A stretch of DNA of 64,000 nt, from assembly GCA_028534125.1 (NCBI GenBank), contig CM052816.1, forward strand, positions 93,312,001 through 93,376,000, in the 5' to 3' direction. Position 1 is the first letter of the stretch. Every line of letters starts with the position of its first letter. Of the stretch, positions 26,564 through 40,366 are shown piece by piece. A model generated the notes under the pieces. It had not been told where the DNA came from. It saw only the letters and a list, made by a program, of their open reading frames with translations, and made no database searches. The position numbers were made by a program, and so were the translations under genes. Origin of the DNA: Lama glama (taxonomy: Eukaryota).

Positions 26564-27229
26564 TTTGAAAAATAAAAAAAAGTCTGAATCACTTTGCTGT
26601 ATACCTGAGACTATATTTCAATACATAAAAAAAGAAACAAAACCAAATACAGTATTTTGTATTTCATACAAAATAGATAATTTCACAATTGTCGTTGGAG
26701 GAAGTAAACAAAACAAAACAAGAGTAGGTGGAGATGTAATGGAGGATGTATTCATAGAATTCAGTAAATGATAGAGCCCAATTTTGGACACTCCTGAGGT
26801 TCTTTATCTACCCAATTCTCTCCTGACACTGCAGTCACTTTCAAATTGTGGTTCCTCTCTCCTTCTCCTGGTCCTCCAGGCACCCCTCCAGCACAGGGAA
26901 GTTAGCTGGCCAAAGTCATCTTCTCTCTATTGGCAGCTTCTCCTTTTTGTGTGTATTGTTTCCTTCCCCCACCAGAAGCTCACTTCTCTTTCCTACGTGA
27001 AAAGTCTGTTAGCCCTGACATCTCTCTCCCTTGCTTGGGACTCCCACCACCCAGATATGACTGCATGCATTTTTTTTTTTGTATTTTTTAACAAGATGTT
27101 TTAAAACAAATTTAGAAACACGTAGAATATATACATATTTGTGAGTTTGGGATCTGTTTTACATTTTGCTTTAAGATTATAGCATCTTTATATGATTAAT
27201 TAGCTTGCCATACAGGGAAATAAATCGTA

Positions 27230-27370
27230 TCATAACCTTGTTGCAACCACAATCAGATGAAAAGACTTCATCAAGCAGAGTTTAAGTAACTTGCCCAAAG
27301 TCTGGGAGTTTGTGTGGAGAAGCTACAACAGATCCCATACAATCTGCCCTGAGGGCAAGGTTGGAACCCC
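27230..27370 (-). mobile_element. MIR fragment
   Basis: cagatgaaaagact..gagtttaagtaacttgcccaaagtc. Confidence 0.6.
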
Positions 27371-29328
27371 CTGTGCCCTGCTCTTCTGTAGGGGGCAAGT
27401 AATTACTGAGAAAACTGTCCTCCATTGTTTGGGAATTAGTTTAGGGATGTTTGGAGAGTGCTGCTAGATGTTTCTGTTATTCATGGCATCCCTGGGTTAT
27501 AACTGCCTCCCTGCCTTGGGGCACTGATTGGCAGTGACCTGGAGCTAACCTTCTTCGGCTATTACAGTCTGCCATAGGGGGGCACTATCTGATCTACTTT
27601 GTGCAAGATTGTGGAATCAGCATGGAAAATTCTTCTAAGACTATAAACAAACAAACAAACAAAAGTCTAAATTTAGGTTGTCAATGGGAAATATGAGTAC
27701 TAACCCCAGGTATGAGCCCTTCTAAGGGGGATTTGTTTTTATTGTTCTTATCATTTTGGTTTTATGTTTACATATAAAATTGTCTTATCATCATTTAAGC
27801 AACTCAATAGCAGCAGGTCATTATTTGGAAAACATTAAATGCTGCACAATGTTTGCACTACACTCTCCTTTTTCCCCCTTTGGTATGTGTTTAATGAGTT
27901 ACACTCATGGCATAGTATTTACTTTGGCATTATATATACACACATAGGTGAACCAAAGGAAGGAGCTCTTTGTAAAGACTGATAATTTGCACATATAGAC
28001 ATGCTTTTTGTTCCCCAAATTGACTGCAAAAAATGCACACATAATTCATGTTATTGTTGTGTACTACAGTACAGTTGTAGCTAACAACTTTAAGCTCTCC
28101 GTTATAGCGTTGTTTTTCTGAGTACAGCTCAGTTGTCAAATTTCCCTCCAAGGCTGAAATGTAACTTACGTACGAGCTATTAAGCCCAGGAGCAATGTTT
28201 TGGAAAAAAAAATTAGTTTGACCATTTTTTTAAAGCTCAAAGGGGGAAAAATAAATATGGAGGACTTTTTTTTTTTTTATTGCTATTCCTTTGCAACTTT
28301 AAAGAATAGTTTTGCTACATTGTGTGATTTATGCATCCATGTAGGGAACAAAAACAAGAGGTTCTTTTTTTTTTAACACAAAACTTTGTCTTTTCTGAAT
28401 AAAATACTGCAGAAGAAATTCATCTATAGTTGATAGCTAAAATATTTTATTTGGATGTAGCTAGAGAGCATGGATTTTATTTTACAATTAAACAATTAGA
28501 ACAAGTCACAGAGAGCTCAAGGGGTAACTTATGTTTATTACCTGCTATGAATTGTCATGTTCAACATCTCTAGGAGGACCTCTGATATCTAGGGCTGAAT
28601 GAAGCCAAGAAAATGACAATTTGTATCTCAATATGCTTTTGTTTTTATGCTAATTTGCCAACCTGCTTTTACACTGTTAACTTCTAGTAGAAATTGCTTA
28701 GATGAAATGGACTCAAAGCTCCGTTCTTTTCTCAAGTTTGACATAAGGATCACTTAGGGACTACTTCTTATCTGTGGGTTTCATTTAATGCTGTCCATCA
28801 AACACCACCCTTAAGCTGAACTAATCCAAAAATTTTTTGAAAAATAGAACTCATAAGCATAAAAACCTAAGCTATGAATATTTGCTTCCCTGGTTTAATC
28901 AACTCCATGAAGGAGTGTTTTCTAAACTCAGGGCTGTTTCAGTGGGAAGATGGTGAGCTTTCCTTCTCAGTTTACCCTATGTGTGCAAGGAAAAATGATT
29001 TAAGAAACAAAATAAGAAAGGAAGAAAGACCAGTGTCTGTTCCAGTCTAAATACTCTAAACTCAAAATTTTCAATTTATTTCTCATTTACGTTAGTGTAC
29101 GACCTTGACTTAATTGTCAGAGCTCATGGGGAACAGAGTGAGGCAGTGTGAGAGGAGTAGGGTTCTGAAGGGCAGGGAATATGTCTCCACTTCTGGGGTG
29201 ACAGGCCTCCCTGAAAAGATAATTGTATAATTTCTTTGCTATGTGTAATCAAAGGTGGGGAGGAGGGAGGTGAAAAGATAGATAAGTGGTAAAGGGGAAG
29301 GGAGTTGAGGACAATACATGATCCTTAA

Positions 29329-29436
29329 TCCTTCCTTCTTCCCTCCTGACCTTCCTCCCACTCTCCCTCCCACCTTCTCTTCCTGTCCCCCTTCCTCCCT
29401 CCCTACCTCCCTCCCATCCTTCTATCCTTCCTTCCC
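29329..29436. repeat. Polypyrimidine (CCTT/CCCT) low-complexity tract
   Basis: About 100 bp almost entirely C/T. Confidence 0.9.
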
Positions 29437-31079
29437 GGAGTAGTACACATTTCACTGTTGGAGAAAGCAGGGGACAACTTTTGTACATTCAATGATAGGA
29501 ACAGAGTAGATTAGACTTTGTTCTGAGGCTCATTTTTCACTATTTGTATTTCAGCTTAGACCTAAAAATATTGAACTGATTTCTTAACATTTCTCTGCCT
29601 CTGAAGGTACATTATTGTAGAAATTGTGATATAAAATGATATTTCTGTGTTTTTCTAAAACTTCATTTTTTTTATAGAGGCATTGGTTTGAGAATAGAGG
29701 AACATCATTTTTAAAAAATAATGAATAATATCTGTTGTTATTTCTTATTTCTTTTAATCAGTCATCAATTCATTTATGAAACAAACATTGATTGAGTGCT
29801 TACTAGGTACCAGCCAGCCGCTGCTTTAGGCTCTGGAGATTTAGCAATGATAGCTACATAAGTAACATTTTCATTGTCTCATTGTTTCCAAAGGGGAAAG
29901 GTTGGCAATTGGGCATATTTCTGTTAGGCATTCTTTGTGTCGAAGGACAGTCTTAGTCATTCCTACTCAGTGAACAGGGAGGACCAAGCTGTGTTTATTG
30001 TGAGGACCCACGTGGCAATAAGGGAAGCAGGCATGTTCTGGGAATCCAAGTACGGGAACCCTGGGTCTAACCCTAACCAAGGCTGGGACTGAATCTGAGG
30101 CTGCTGCAGGGATTTAAGCAGCTGGACTGACTGACACCCACACTAATGTCCCCCCACTCATGTGCTCCGCTGGTCTTTGCTCCTTGTGCATGACCATCTT
30201 CCTACTGACGCATTCTGGCACCAGCATCTTCTCTGTTTCCGTTCCCCACCTGCCCCCTATAGCATCTGGCTTTGCAGGCTCTTTATTACTTTGGCTTGCC
30301 CAGTTACTTTCAGCTTTAGCTCTTGCTGCTCACTTATAGATTCTTTATTTATTTTCCAGTTTATTTCCAAGAGGGAAACTCTGGTTAACTCAGCTAAGTC
30401 CAGCTTTCCTCTGCTTAGGCAGGGCTATATGGAGTAGGCTTCATCATTGGTCCCCCGAGCAACCCACTGCCTTTGTGTCTTTCTGCTTGTGGCTCAATCA
30501 TGTGTCTGACTCTGGGACATGGAAGGGAGGGCTCCTTCCATGACACAGAACAGGAGTGCCTAAGGTCATTCCCCAGTAGGGGAACCCTAAGAAGGACCTG
30601 GGGCTAGCTAGTCACTGTAACTGTTGAATAAATAGTATAAGAAAGATTTCTGTCTATTGTGGAATGGGTAGGAAATATTTGACATTTTAGACAAAAAATT
30701 GGTCTATTCACTGAAAATGTAATCAAACAGCCTTGGGCTATAATACAAAGTTCATTGAGACTTCCTTTTTTTTTTTTTTTCCTGATTAACTGTCAATATA
30801 CTGAGGCATCTACTTTTCTGTATATATTCATATGATATGACTGAAAATGTCTACAAAATTGGATTCTGGTGTCATTTAAGTGATGCTGGGAAGGTGCTTA
30901 AATATCTTTTTAGAGAACAACCAACTCTTTGAAGTTCTATCATTAGAGATAGTGTGCTGAAGAATTCTTGATTTCCCTTCTAGTACAAATAGATATGGAA
31001 GGATAAGGTCCAGCTTTGAGGGCACCAATATCTGCCTGGAATATTCCTTGCCAGCCTCATTGCATGGCTTGTTTATTTT

Positions 31080-31345
31080 TTAACATTCAGATTTCGGGGC
31101 AGTCATTTCTGATCACCCTAGTTAACTAGGTCCTCATCTTATTGTCTATTTCAGGTATTTTCTTCCTAGAACTTACCACAGTTTGCATTTATCTTTTCGT
31201 TTACAACATGTTTATTTATGTCTCTACCACTAGAATAAAATAACATGAAGGTAGGTATCTCAGCAGTTTCGTGAATGGGTCTGTCTCAGCTGAGTGCCTG
31301 GCACAAAATAGCATGAATGACTTATGGAATCAATGACTGAACACA
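31080..31345 (+). mobile_element. LINE-2 3' end
   Basis: ctaccactagaataaaat..catgaaggtagg...gtgcctggcaca...gaatcaatgactgaa. Confidence 0.65.
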
Positions 31346-31865
31346 AAGGTTGACCCAGATTTCCTACAGACTTGGAAGCAACTGGAGGTAGAGACAGACA
31401 ATCAAGTGAGAGGTAAAGGAGTGAAGTCATCCTTTCCGATTCTCAGTCTCCCCAAAACTTTTCACACTTCTTCCAGGCTGTTCAAAAGCATATGTTCTCA
31501 TGGCACAGGTGCCGAAAATTGTCGGCCACTTTTAAGTCATGAAGTCAGATTTCCTAAGAATGACTACAAAACCTAATATAGTCGTTGACTTAGTTAAGTG
31601 CCCTCCTAAGGACGTGAGAGAAATCCTGACCTTACGTTTTACATAGTATAAGAATATTCTACAAGAACATGTTTTGTATAAGATAATTTTAACACACATG
31701 GGAAGAATATTCTCTTGCCAAGCTACGCTCAGTCATGTGACATAGCTAATGATTATTTTAAGTAAAATTTTGTAGAGAATTAAATCTCACAAATCAGTTT
31801 TACTGTGTACAAAATGCCTAGTATATGCTGAGAACTGCGCAGGCAATTTAAAGAGCTTGTTGTCT

Positions 31866-31999
31866 CTGCCGTCAATTAAGCTGACTGTGCTTTTTTCCTC
31901 GTGGGATCCAGTGTGCGATGGTTGCAAACCGTCTTCTCTTCGGTAGTGTACGCAGCCTGTTATCTGTATGGGTTGCCCTAAGGGACCTTGAAGGCAGCT
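31866..31999 (+). ncRNA. SNORA70: SNORA70 (U70) box H/ACA snoRNA retroposed copy, probably non-functional
   Basis: ctgccgtcaattaagctgactg...ccagtgtgcgatggttgcaaac...ggtagtgtacgcagcctgt...gtatgggttgccctaagggaccttg matches my recall of SNORA70, whose host is an RPL10 intron. It is followed directly by RPL10 intron end and exon sequence. The ACA box reads GCA (31994-31996) and the H box is degenerate. Confidence 0.88.
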
Positions 32000-32043
32000 C
32001 TTTCCAGTGGACATTCATGTCTGGCATACTGTCCCCAGCCTAG

Positions 32044-32430
32044 GCTTCAGATGGGTATGCATGGTGCCTTTGGAAAGCCCCAGGGCATAGTGGCCAGGGT
32101 CCACATTGGCCAAGTCATCATGTCCATCTGCACCAAGCTGCAGAACAAGGAGCATGTGCTTGAGGCCCTCTACAGGGCCAAGTTCAAGTTCCCTGGACAC
32201 CAGAAGACTCACATCTTGAAGAAGTGGGGATTTACCAAGTTTAATGCAGATGAATTTGAAAACATGATGGCAGAAAAGTAGTTCATGCCAGATGGCTGTT
32301 GGGCCAAATATACCCCTAATGGTGCCCCCCTGGACAAATGGTGGGCCCTTCACTCAGGAGAGTCTTGGCGCTGCCCCTCCTTACTCATAACTACCAATAA
32401 ATCCTCCCTTCCTGTCAAAAAAAAAAAAAA
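32044..32430 (+). pseudogene. RPL10: RPL10 partially processed pseudogene (3' exons, 3'UTR, poly(A))
   Basis: Translation [78 protein letters not shown] is the C-terminal half of RPL10/uL16. Premature TAG at 32279-32281, AATAAA at 32396-32401, A14 at 32417-32430. TSD aaagagcttgttgtc (31850-31864) / aaaaagcttattgtc (32426-32440). Confidence 0.96.
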
Positions 32431-35400
32431 GCTTATTGTCATTTCTTGTTGAAAAATTAATCAAACAATTATAGTATCATTTAGTAGAATCTAGAATTAA
32501 ATATCAAAATGAGCATATACATAATTTGTGGATTAAGAAGTCAGAGGGCAAAAGAATGAATGTAGGTTAAAATTGTTACAGCAGAATTCATTAAAAAAAT
32601 TAAATTTGGCCATTCTTTAAATGGAAGGTTTTAATTCTCCATGGAATAGGATGGGGTAATCCTGTTGAGGCCTATGATGGTCAGTTGAACCTACTGTAGT
32701 TTCAGATCAGGGTCTTCTTTGAAATATATATCCAAAGACTCCAGCCTCCTATACTTAGAAAGGCCTAAGGGACTCAATCTCTTATTTCACCTGGCAAGTC
32801 AGATTGCCTGAATTTATGGCCATCTGTTAATTTCCCTTTTGTTTTCTCCTCTGATCTTAATAAAACCTTTGGCACTCCAGCCTTGTCTCAGCTAGAAGCA
32901 AGGAAAAGGTATGAGTTTTCTCAGATTAGGCTGATACAAAATAAGGAGAAACCCCACTTGTGTACTCAGAACCAAGATGCAGCTCTGATCTGTGAGAGAA
33001 CTCCAGGGGGAAGGTGATTCTCAGCTTCGATTCAGGGACTCCGTCTGGCTGTCCTTCCCCATCTGTGTTTTGCTCCTAGTAGAGAGTCAGTAGTCTCTTA
33101 TAGACTCTGCCTGTAGCCAGTCCTTTGCCTCCTCTTCTGGACATTTAACTCAACCAGCATTCTTTTGTCTTCTCACTTATGATTTATTGTATTTCATATC
33201 ATATTTCCCATCTGGTTATCACCTTCTCTCTATTTGGCACTTGGGTCACAGCCCCATGTCTCTCCTGACTGGAGGTACCAAACCTGGTATCCTGTTCCAG
33301 AAAGCTGGCAAGTTGGTCCACCTGCCATCTGTAGCCTTGAGTTTTGAGGCCAAGAGGATGGTGGAGAAGCTAGTCTTGACTTAAAGGATAAACTCAGTGA
33401 TGTTCCACCTAAAAATGGCTACTAAGCTACCCACTTACAGGGAAGAGGAAATTCAACTTTGTGAGAAGGTTGCATCTGTCAGATACCTCAGTATTTTAGT
33501 TGGTAATTAATTTTATTTTTGTATTATTATTATTTTATATTACTTATATTTTTTATAATTTGAAGATATTCCAGAACACTTCTGGTAAATTAATTTCACT
33601 TTGCTTAAGAAACTTGTGGCAACAGAGTGTGCCAGGTGAATGTGTATAATTGAGTGTGGGTCTGTATGCACAACACACATGCACCCACATATTTCAAAAT
33701 TATGAAATTTGAATAAAATCCCAAGTATTTTGATACTATGATAATTAGAAAAAATAACCTATATGGTTTTAGAAAAGTTTAGTGTTCTTGAATTCTTTAA
33801 CCACAAAATATTTTCTGCTGTTTTCATCTATAGGCTTTTTGAAAATGATCTGGTTCCTTTGAAATTTCCCATGCCTGCTTGTTTATCAGTTTGACATAAA
33901 GTAGATGGATTTCATTATAACATAATGAAATATAAACATAACATGAACAAATTTGAAACTCTGTATGAACAATGATAAGTTGTAAGAAAGCACCACTGTT
34001 CATTTTTCCTTCTCCTCAAGATGGAATTAAATCAATAAATTTTACACTATTGATTTAAGTGGAATGTTATTTTAAAGTTCCATGTGTATAAGATGTGTAT
34101 GACCATGTGTATATGCTTGCCATCACGTTATTGAACAACCAAAGTGACAGTTTAACGTTTATGCTTGAAAGACAGAGATATAAAATATTGCACTAATTCA
34201 TAAAGAATAAAAGAACTTAACTCTTTTTAACTAAGTCAGTAAAAGAACACATACTACAAGAACTTCTTTAAATGACTTTAAATATTTTCTTGACTAGTTG
34301 ATCAAATCAAATCTTTTTTTTTACATGGATCTAGTCTGTCTATATGTAATAATACATCAAAAACTTGATTATTTATAAGTTGATTATTGTCTTAACCAGC
34401 TGATTAACAGCTTCTTACATTTGCTTCAATGATCAATATGAGTTCACCATTTGGTGGTTATTTGGGCAAGATAATGGTCAAAATATATGTCCAGAAAATA
34501 TTTGATCTACTGGTCACAAGACTTAGTTTCCTATGGAATTCCAATTTCTTTTCACGTATACCTCTTCTTCATAAATCTCAGGGTGTCTTCCTCGCTGGCA
34601 ATCCTTTTCTTCTTTTGTAAATCATCTGAAGCTTGATTCATAAAACTAGATATGGTTCTATCTATAACATGACAGAGCAAATTTGTAAAGAAAACACATC
34701 TGTCAAATCGCTGATTTAGTACCTCAAAGACTAATATGGATGCTTTGCTGAATTCTGTTCATGACTCCAAATTTAGCAAAACCCATTTGTATCTGGACAA
34801 AGTCTAAATCTAAATTTACTTTGTTATTTCTGATTTTCTTTCTTGGCATGTCTAGGCTCATTGGCTAAAACAAAATTCATGCATTTTTGCACAAGAATGG
34901 AGGCTTCTATTTGTTTTTGCCAAAGCCAATACGTAAAGGCATTCTTTTATTTCACACATTCCTGTATTTCAAAAAGCAGTCAGACATGGTTTTGAAAATA
35001 TATTTCTTTAAGTATGTGGAAACAGAAAGAAATTCTATGAACTGATTTTCATTGACTAACACTATTCTATTAAATGTTATCAAATGATATAATTGATTGT
35101 TGATACTGAAGACATTAAATTTCTGTGAAAAACTTTTTAGATGGGAGGGCTAAGAGACTTCTTTAATGCCAGTAGATGAAGTATCCTTGGCACAAATCTG
35201 GCTTTGAACAAACTCCTGCTGCCTGAAGCTCTTTCCCATTTAGGACACCATGGTCTATGAGAATCAACCCAGCATGAGAGAGGATTGGCTCCCCATAATT
35301 TTATTTGACCACTAAAAAAAATACATGCTCCAGGACCCCTACTTTACCCAACTTATCCTAAGGGGAGCTTGAGCATCCTGTACCAGGATTTGTGTTCATT

Positions 35401-35869
35401 TTTATTGGTACAATTCAATTTGAGCACAGAATGCTTCTTTTTCTTTTTTAAATTTTGACCATTTTGATAATAAACATTGAATTGATCATCATATGATCAC
35501 CTTATTTAAACTTTTCCATTGAAATTTTTGAATCAGTTTTCTGCCTCAGAATAAGCTTCTTTGTTCAGAGCTGGGATTTACTTTTCTCCCCTTCCCAGGC
35601 CTTGGTAAAAGGCTTGTCCTTAGTCACAGGCAGTTTTCAGAGACTTGTTTCAGTAGCTTAGATGGTTCTTGTATTGTGTCTCCATTCAGATAAATGAGCA
35701 CCTCTCTTGTTTCTGTGACCTCACCCCCTCGCTGCAATTCTCTGTTCCAGTTGTGAAGTCTTATACACCCATTCAGGAAGTTCTGCTTTGGAAAGGTTCA
35801 ATGGATGAGGCCCTACATCTTCTTTTTACCATAGAGCTCTTGATGTAACCAGTCCCTTGAGTGCTCATC

Positions 35870-36210
35870 ACAACGCTTGTAGTCAGACATCACCTACTAC
35901 TATTTTCTAGAACATTCCTGATATGTACTGTTGGCTGTTGGTGGTGCTCAGAGACCCAGACTTACAAAAGCAACACCATTTTATGGCACTGGAATCTCAA
36001 AATGTGGATTACTATAGCAGGGGATAAGAGTGTAGAAAACCTATACCCAGCCTTACGTACCTCAAGCCAGAATGTGGCAAACTTTATTCTTACACATAAT
36101 GCCTTGTCCAGAATAATCACAGCTCCTGCCACCTGCAAGGGGGCTGGGCCATACTCAGAAGCATATTAGAACTTCGATATTGGTGACCAGTACGTGTGTC
36201 TCTCCACACA
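35870..36210 (-). mobile_element. MLT1-like fragment
   Basis: gctcagagacccagactt..caccatttt...ccttgtccagaataatcacagctcc..cctgcaagggggctgg. Confidence 0.5.
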
Positions 36211-36489
36211 TCCTAGGGACCATGCAGCTAGGATGGTGGGTGATCTCACTCCATCACTAGATTACCAACAATAGTTGTCTCTACTGTAAAAGGGCAATTT
36301 TGCTTTAGTATCCAGGCCACCTGGATAGGCCTGTGCTGTGTTCTGAGTGAGTTTGTGTTTGTTTCTGGAAATACCAGTTTCCACACAAATAGTTTACATG
36401 TATAGGTTTTTATGTTTTGTTTCTGTACTCAGTGTTTAGATCTCGATAATCCTAAAAAAATCCCAATTTAAAAAAGTTTAAATGATTTT

Positions 36490-36600
36490 AAAATTTTTAT
36501 TGCAATTTTAAAGTTTACTTACCATTTACAGTTATTACAAAAAATTGGCTATATTCCCCATGTTATACAATACATCCTTGAGCCTCTTACATTCAATAGT
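36490..36600 (-). mobile_element. L1 3'UTR fragment
   Basis: cagttattacaaaaaattggctatattccccatgttatacaatacatccttg. Confidence 0.6.
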
Positions 36601-38992
36601 AAAAACCACAATTTTAATAATTACTCATACTTGCTAAAAGTAATGGAAAGCCAGTGTTTAATGCCTCAAGGTTCTCATTGGCGAGGCAGATGTGTTACCC
36701 GATCTCACAGCTTAGCTAAACAAGTTTTCATTATTACAAACTTCCAGGCTGGCATTTCTTGACACCAGGCAGACTTCAGGTTAAATAGTTTCTAATGGAG
36801 GGTGCTGAGTTTTGATGTTTGTCAGTCTGGCAGTGATGGATTCAAGACCAAGGAGACTCATTAAAATGGAGCTTTGGTCCTCAATCAGCTGTCAGTTCTC
36901 CAGCATGCATGGCAAAACCCAAAATGTCTTCTGGGCTTGGCTGGATTTCTGATGGATTGGGTTGCCCCAAAGTGGAGCCAAGGTACACGGTTTTCACATG
37001 GCCCTGGAAGGCATCGATCACTTCAAATGAATGCTGTGTTTAGAAATCAACCACATTTAGGGTAGAATCATTCCCAGGAAAGCTATGGCCAACTATGATC
37101 ATTTAGGGACATAATCTGATAATGACAGCAGTGTCCATGAGGTTGAACGTCTTTATTGTTAAAAGCCACAGACATTTTGAAATAAATGTTCAATTCATTG
37201 CACTTCAGATTGGCCAATAAGCACATGCAGGAATGCAGTAGCAATATTTATTAGAGTTAAATCTTAAATACAGTTCATTCAATAAATGGAAAGCAGTTGC
37301 CTAAATATTTCCAAAGACTATTCAACAATTATTGTTATAGCATCTGTTCTGGGAACGGCTGTGTATCACCCATCTGTTTGGTATCTAAATCTAATTTCTC
37401 TTTGTGTTATATTATTTTATCATTGCTTTAGTGTCTGAATTTGTACCTATAATATTTGGTTTAAAGAACTCTGTCTCCTATCCTAGAGTTGTTAATAAAA
37501 GATAGATGATATTTTCACACCCTTTGATATGCAATTTTATTTTCTCCTATTTCTGTTTCTTCACATTATTTATTTCCCCATTGCATATGCCAACAAGAGT
37601 GATTACTAGGAAAGTATATATATCTTTATTCCACAGATTTCAAAGTTGGTGGGTTACAGAAAACATAAAGCATAATGCCTCCAATGTTTGTTGGAGATAG
37701 TATTTCTAAATGGAAGAAAAGAAAATGATAAAACATAGATGGCAGTGAAGAGATCAAATGAAAGAATTAATATTGGGCTTTAGAAAGACTCTATGTTTTC
37801 ATTAAATCTCAGGGTTAGCACTAAATTTATTTGTTTACTGTGGGCTCTTACAGAAGGACATGTTCAATTAACAAAAATCTAAATTCTAACATTTTCTCTG
37901 GCTCCCTCATTTTATCTTATACAAGTCAGTGAACTTTAACAATAGAAAATCTATTATGTGGAAATTTATAAATTTCGTTTTTCCTTTCAGACCACAATGA
38001 TTCAACATGACTAGAGAAAAAATGGTTTATTAAGCGCAATTAAAAATATTTTGTCAATTTTTTTATATAAAAACAGCAGCAAAACAAATTAAGGGCAAAA
38101 AAATTAATTTATGGATGCTCTGTGATATATGCTGAATATAATTATTTTTTGTGATCCAGGGTCTCTTGTAAACCCCTGAAATTTAGAGTTTAAATAAAAT
38201 TTAATATAATTTTATTATCTAAATATTCTGTGTATGTGTTTCCCTTAAGTATGAGTTAACTATGTTTATTACTATTATTATCATTATTATTATTGAATTA
38301 GTTATGTCACAAAACAAAAGATATTTAAGATACAGCATGCATTGCAATCATTTACTTCACATTACGTTTGCTTAGTGAGTCCTTCATGAATCTCTCAGAG
38401 CTCTGTTCAAGGACTGTTTACTCTTTGTCCTTGAGTGCGAACACACAGAGGTGGGAAAGAGTATTATTTCTCTGTTTCAAAGATATGTGAGATTTGTAAC
38501 ACCATATATGAGAGAACAACCTTTTAATGAAATGGCCATGATCTGTTGTTATTTAGTTTAATTTTTACCTTTTAAGTGGAAAAAAAAATTGGTGCACATT
38601 TATTCCCTCTTTGGATGTGCATTAGTTACTATGGCAACAATTTCATTGGCAGAAACAGGGTTTTCAAAGACTCATACATATAATACAAACTTAATTTAAG
38701 CATTGGATTGGAATTTATACCTTTCTAGTTAAAAATAAAGACAGTCACATAGAAGTTGTTTCCTTACGTGAAACTGGGGCCATGGCTACTGTGATCTTTG
38801 CATATTTATAAATTCATGTATCCAAAGCAAGGGCCTTAATAGGTACCTACACAGGGAATTGGGCTTTAAATCGTGAAAAAAAATTTTAATTTATTACATC
38901 AAATTTAAATACCTTGGGTCCATTCTTTTTTTTTTTTTTTAACCTTCTTGACTTCAATATTTTATTTTGATCTAAAAAAAGTGACCAATTTT

Positions 38993-39127
38993 TATGGCAG
39001 CTCACAGAGGAAAAAATGTGACAATGAATATATATATGTTCATGTATAACTGAAAAATTGTGCTCTACACTGGAATTTGACACAACATTGTAAAATGATT
39101 ATAAATCTATAAAAATGTTAAAAAAAT
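38993..39127 (+). mobile_element. Very short, young-looking L1 3'-end insertion
   Basis: gacaatgaatatatatatgttcatgtataactgaaaaattgtgctctacactggaatttgacacaacattgtaaaatgattata plus an A tail. TSD gtgaccaatttt at 38981-38992 and 39128-39139. Confidence 0.85.
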
Positions 39128-40201
39128 GTGACCAATTTTAATTCTTCTTCACACATTTTTTTTTTTCTCGAGAACCAGTCTGGAGTTATAATTTTCTGTC
39201 ACTGGCAAGCTTTCCTCAGCTATTGGTGTTGGATCCAACTTATTCTTTGGGGCTGGGTTAGATGCTCTACATTGCCAGGAATGGATGACCATTCCTTAGA
39301 GAACTAAACAGTCATGACTCCCAGACTAAGGTCATGACATGCATGAAGTAGGCATGGAAAGGAGCAAGGGAGATTTTTAAGTGGGATTCTTTTATAGATA
39401 CAGCTTATACATGAAATAAGCCAGAAGCATTCCAGACATCAGGAGGTTTCAGTGAGCTGTTATGGTCTCTCAGAAGCTTCAAGAAAAAGTTCCCTTCTTT
39501 CGCCTCTCTCCCGACGGCAGATGGAGGGTAAAATGATTAATAACAGCCAAGCTGGAAGATGTAGCTTAGTGCAAGAGTCGAATGGACTAAAATCCCAGGA
39601 CTGGTTACAATTACTCGCCCAGTTGCCGAAGATGCTTGATGCCAGCTGGCTCCATCCATGAAATGGCAGCAGGGTTGGTGTTTTTCCTCTGGGAGCTAGC
39701 GCCTTAGAGGAAGGAGAGAGAAGCTGATCTAAGCACTCTCAACTTTTTCTTTCAGATTCAGCCATCAGGAAAGTCACATCACCTCTGGTGAGGCAGAGTG
39801 AACACATATGGTGGACAGACCACCTGGATGGAAAAATTAAGGGTTGGACAAAACTTCCCCATAGTAGTAGCTACAAATTCAGCCTTCTTAGTCTTTGTTA
39901 TAGTTTGATAACTCTCAGCTTGTTTTTCATGTCTGTATTCCACCAACATGAGGAACCCTGACATCTTTCAGGACTCCTCTTCCTGGTTCTTATCTGTTGC
40001 CTTTCTACCTCCATCCAGCATCCCTGTGGATTTCACCGTTCCCTTTACCTCTATACTTATTGTCCGCTTGCATGACCAGTGGTTGGCACTTGAAGACTGC
40101 TCTGTCTTCACTCTGGGCTCTCTCCCCACCCTGACCTACATCCACAACTACTATGCCAAGTGCCTGCCCAGGGTAATGCGCTATCTGCTTTCTCTGCACT
40201 T

Positions 40202-40366
40202 AAAAAAAAAATGAAGTATAGTTGATTTACAATATCGTGTTAGTTTCAGGTGTACAGCAAAATGATTCAGTTTCATATATGTATATTTCAGATTACTTTC
40301 CATCATAGGTTTTCACAAGATATCAAATATAGTTCTCTGTGCTATGCACTAAATCCTTATTGCTTA
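40202..40366 (-). mobile_element. Short L1 3'UTR insertion
   Basis: gaagtatagttgatttacaat...gtttcaggtgtacagca is an antisense L1 3' end. TSD ttctctgcactt at 40190-40201 and 40367-40378. Confidence 0.85.

Noticed and set aside
31988..32281. Functional RPL10 gene
   Set aside because: N-terminal half absent, premature stop, poly(A) tail and TSDs.
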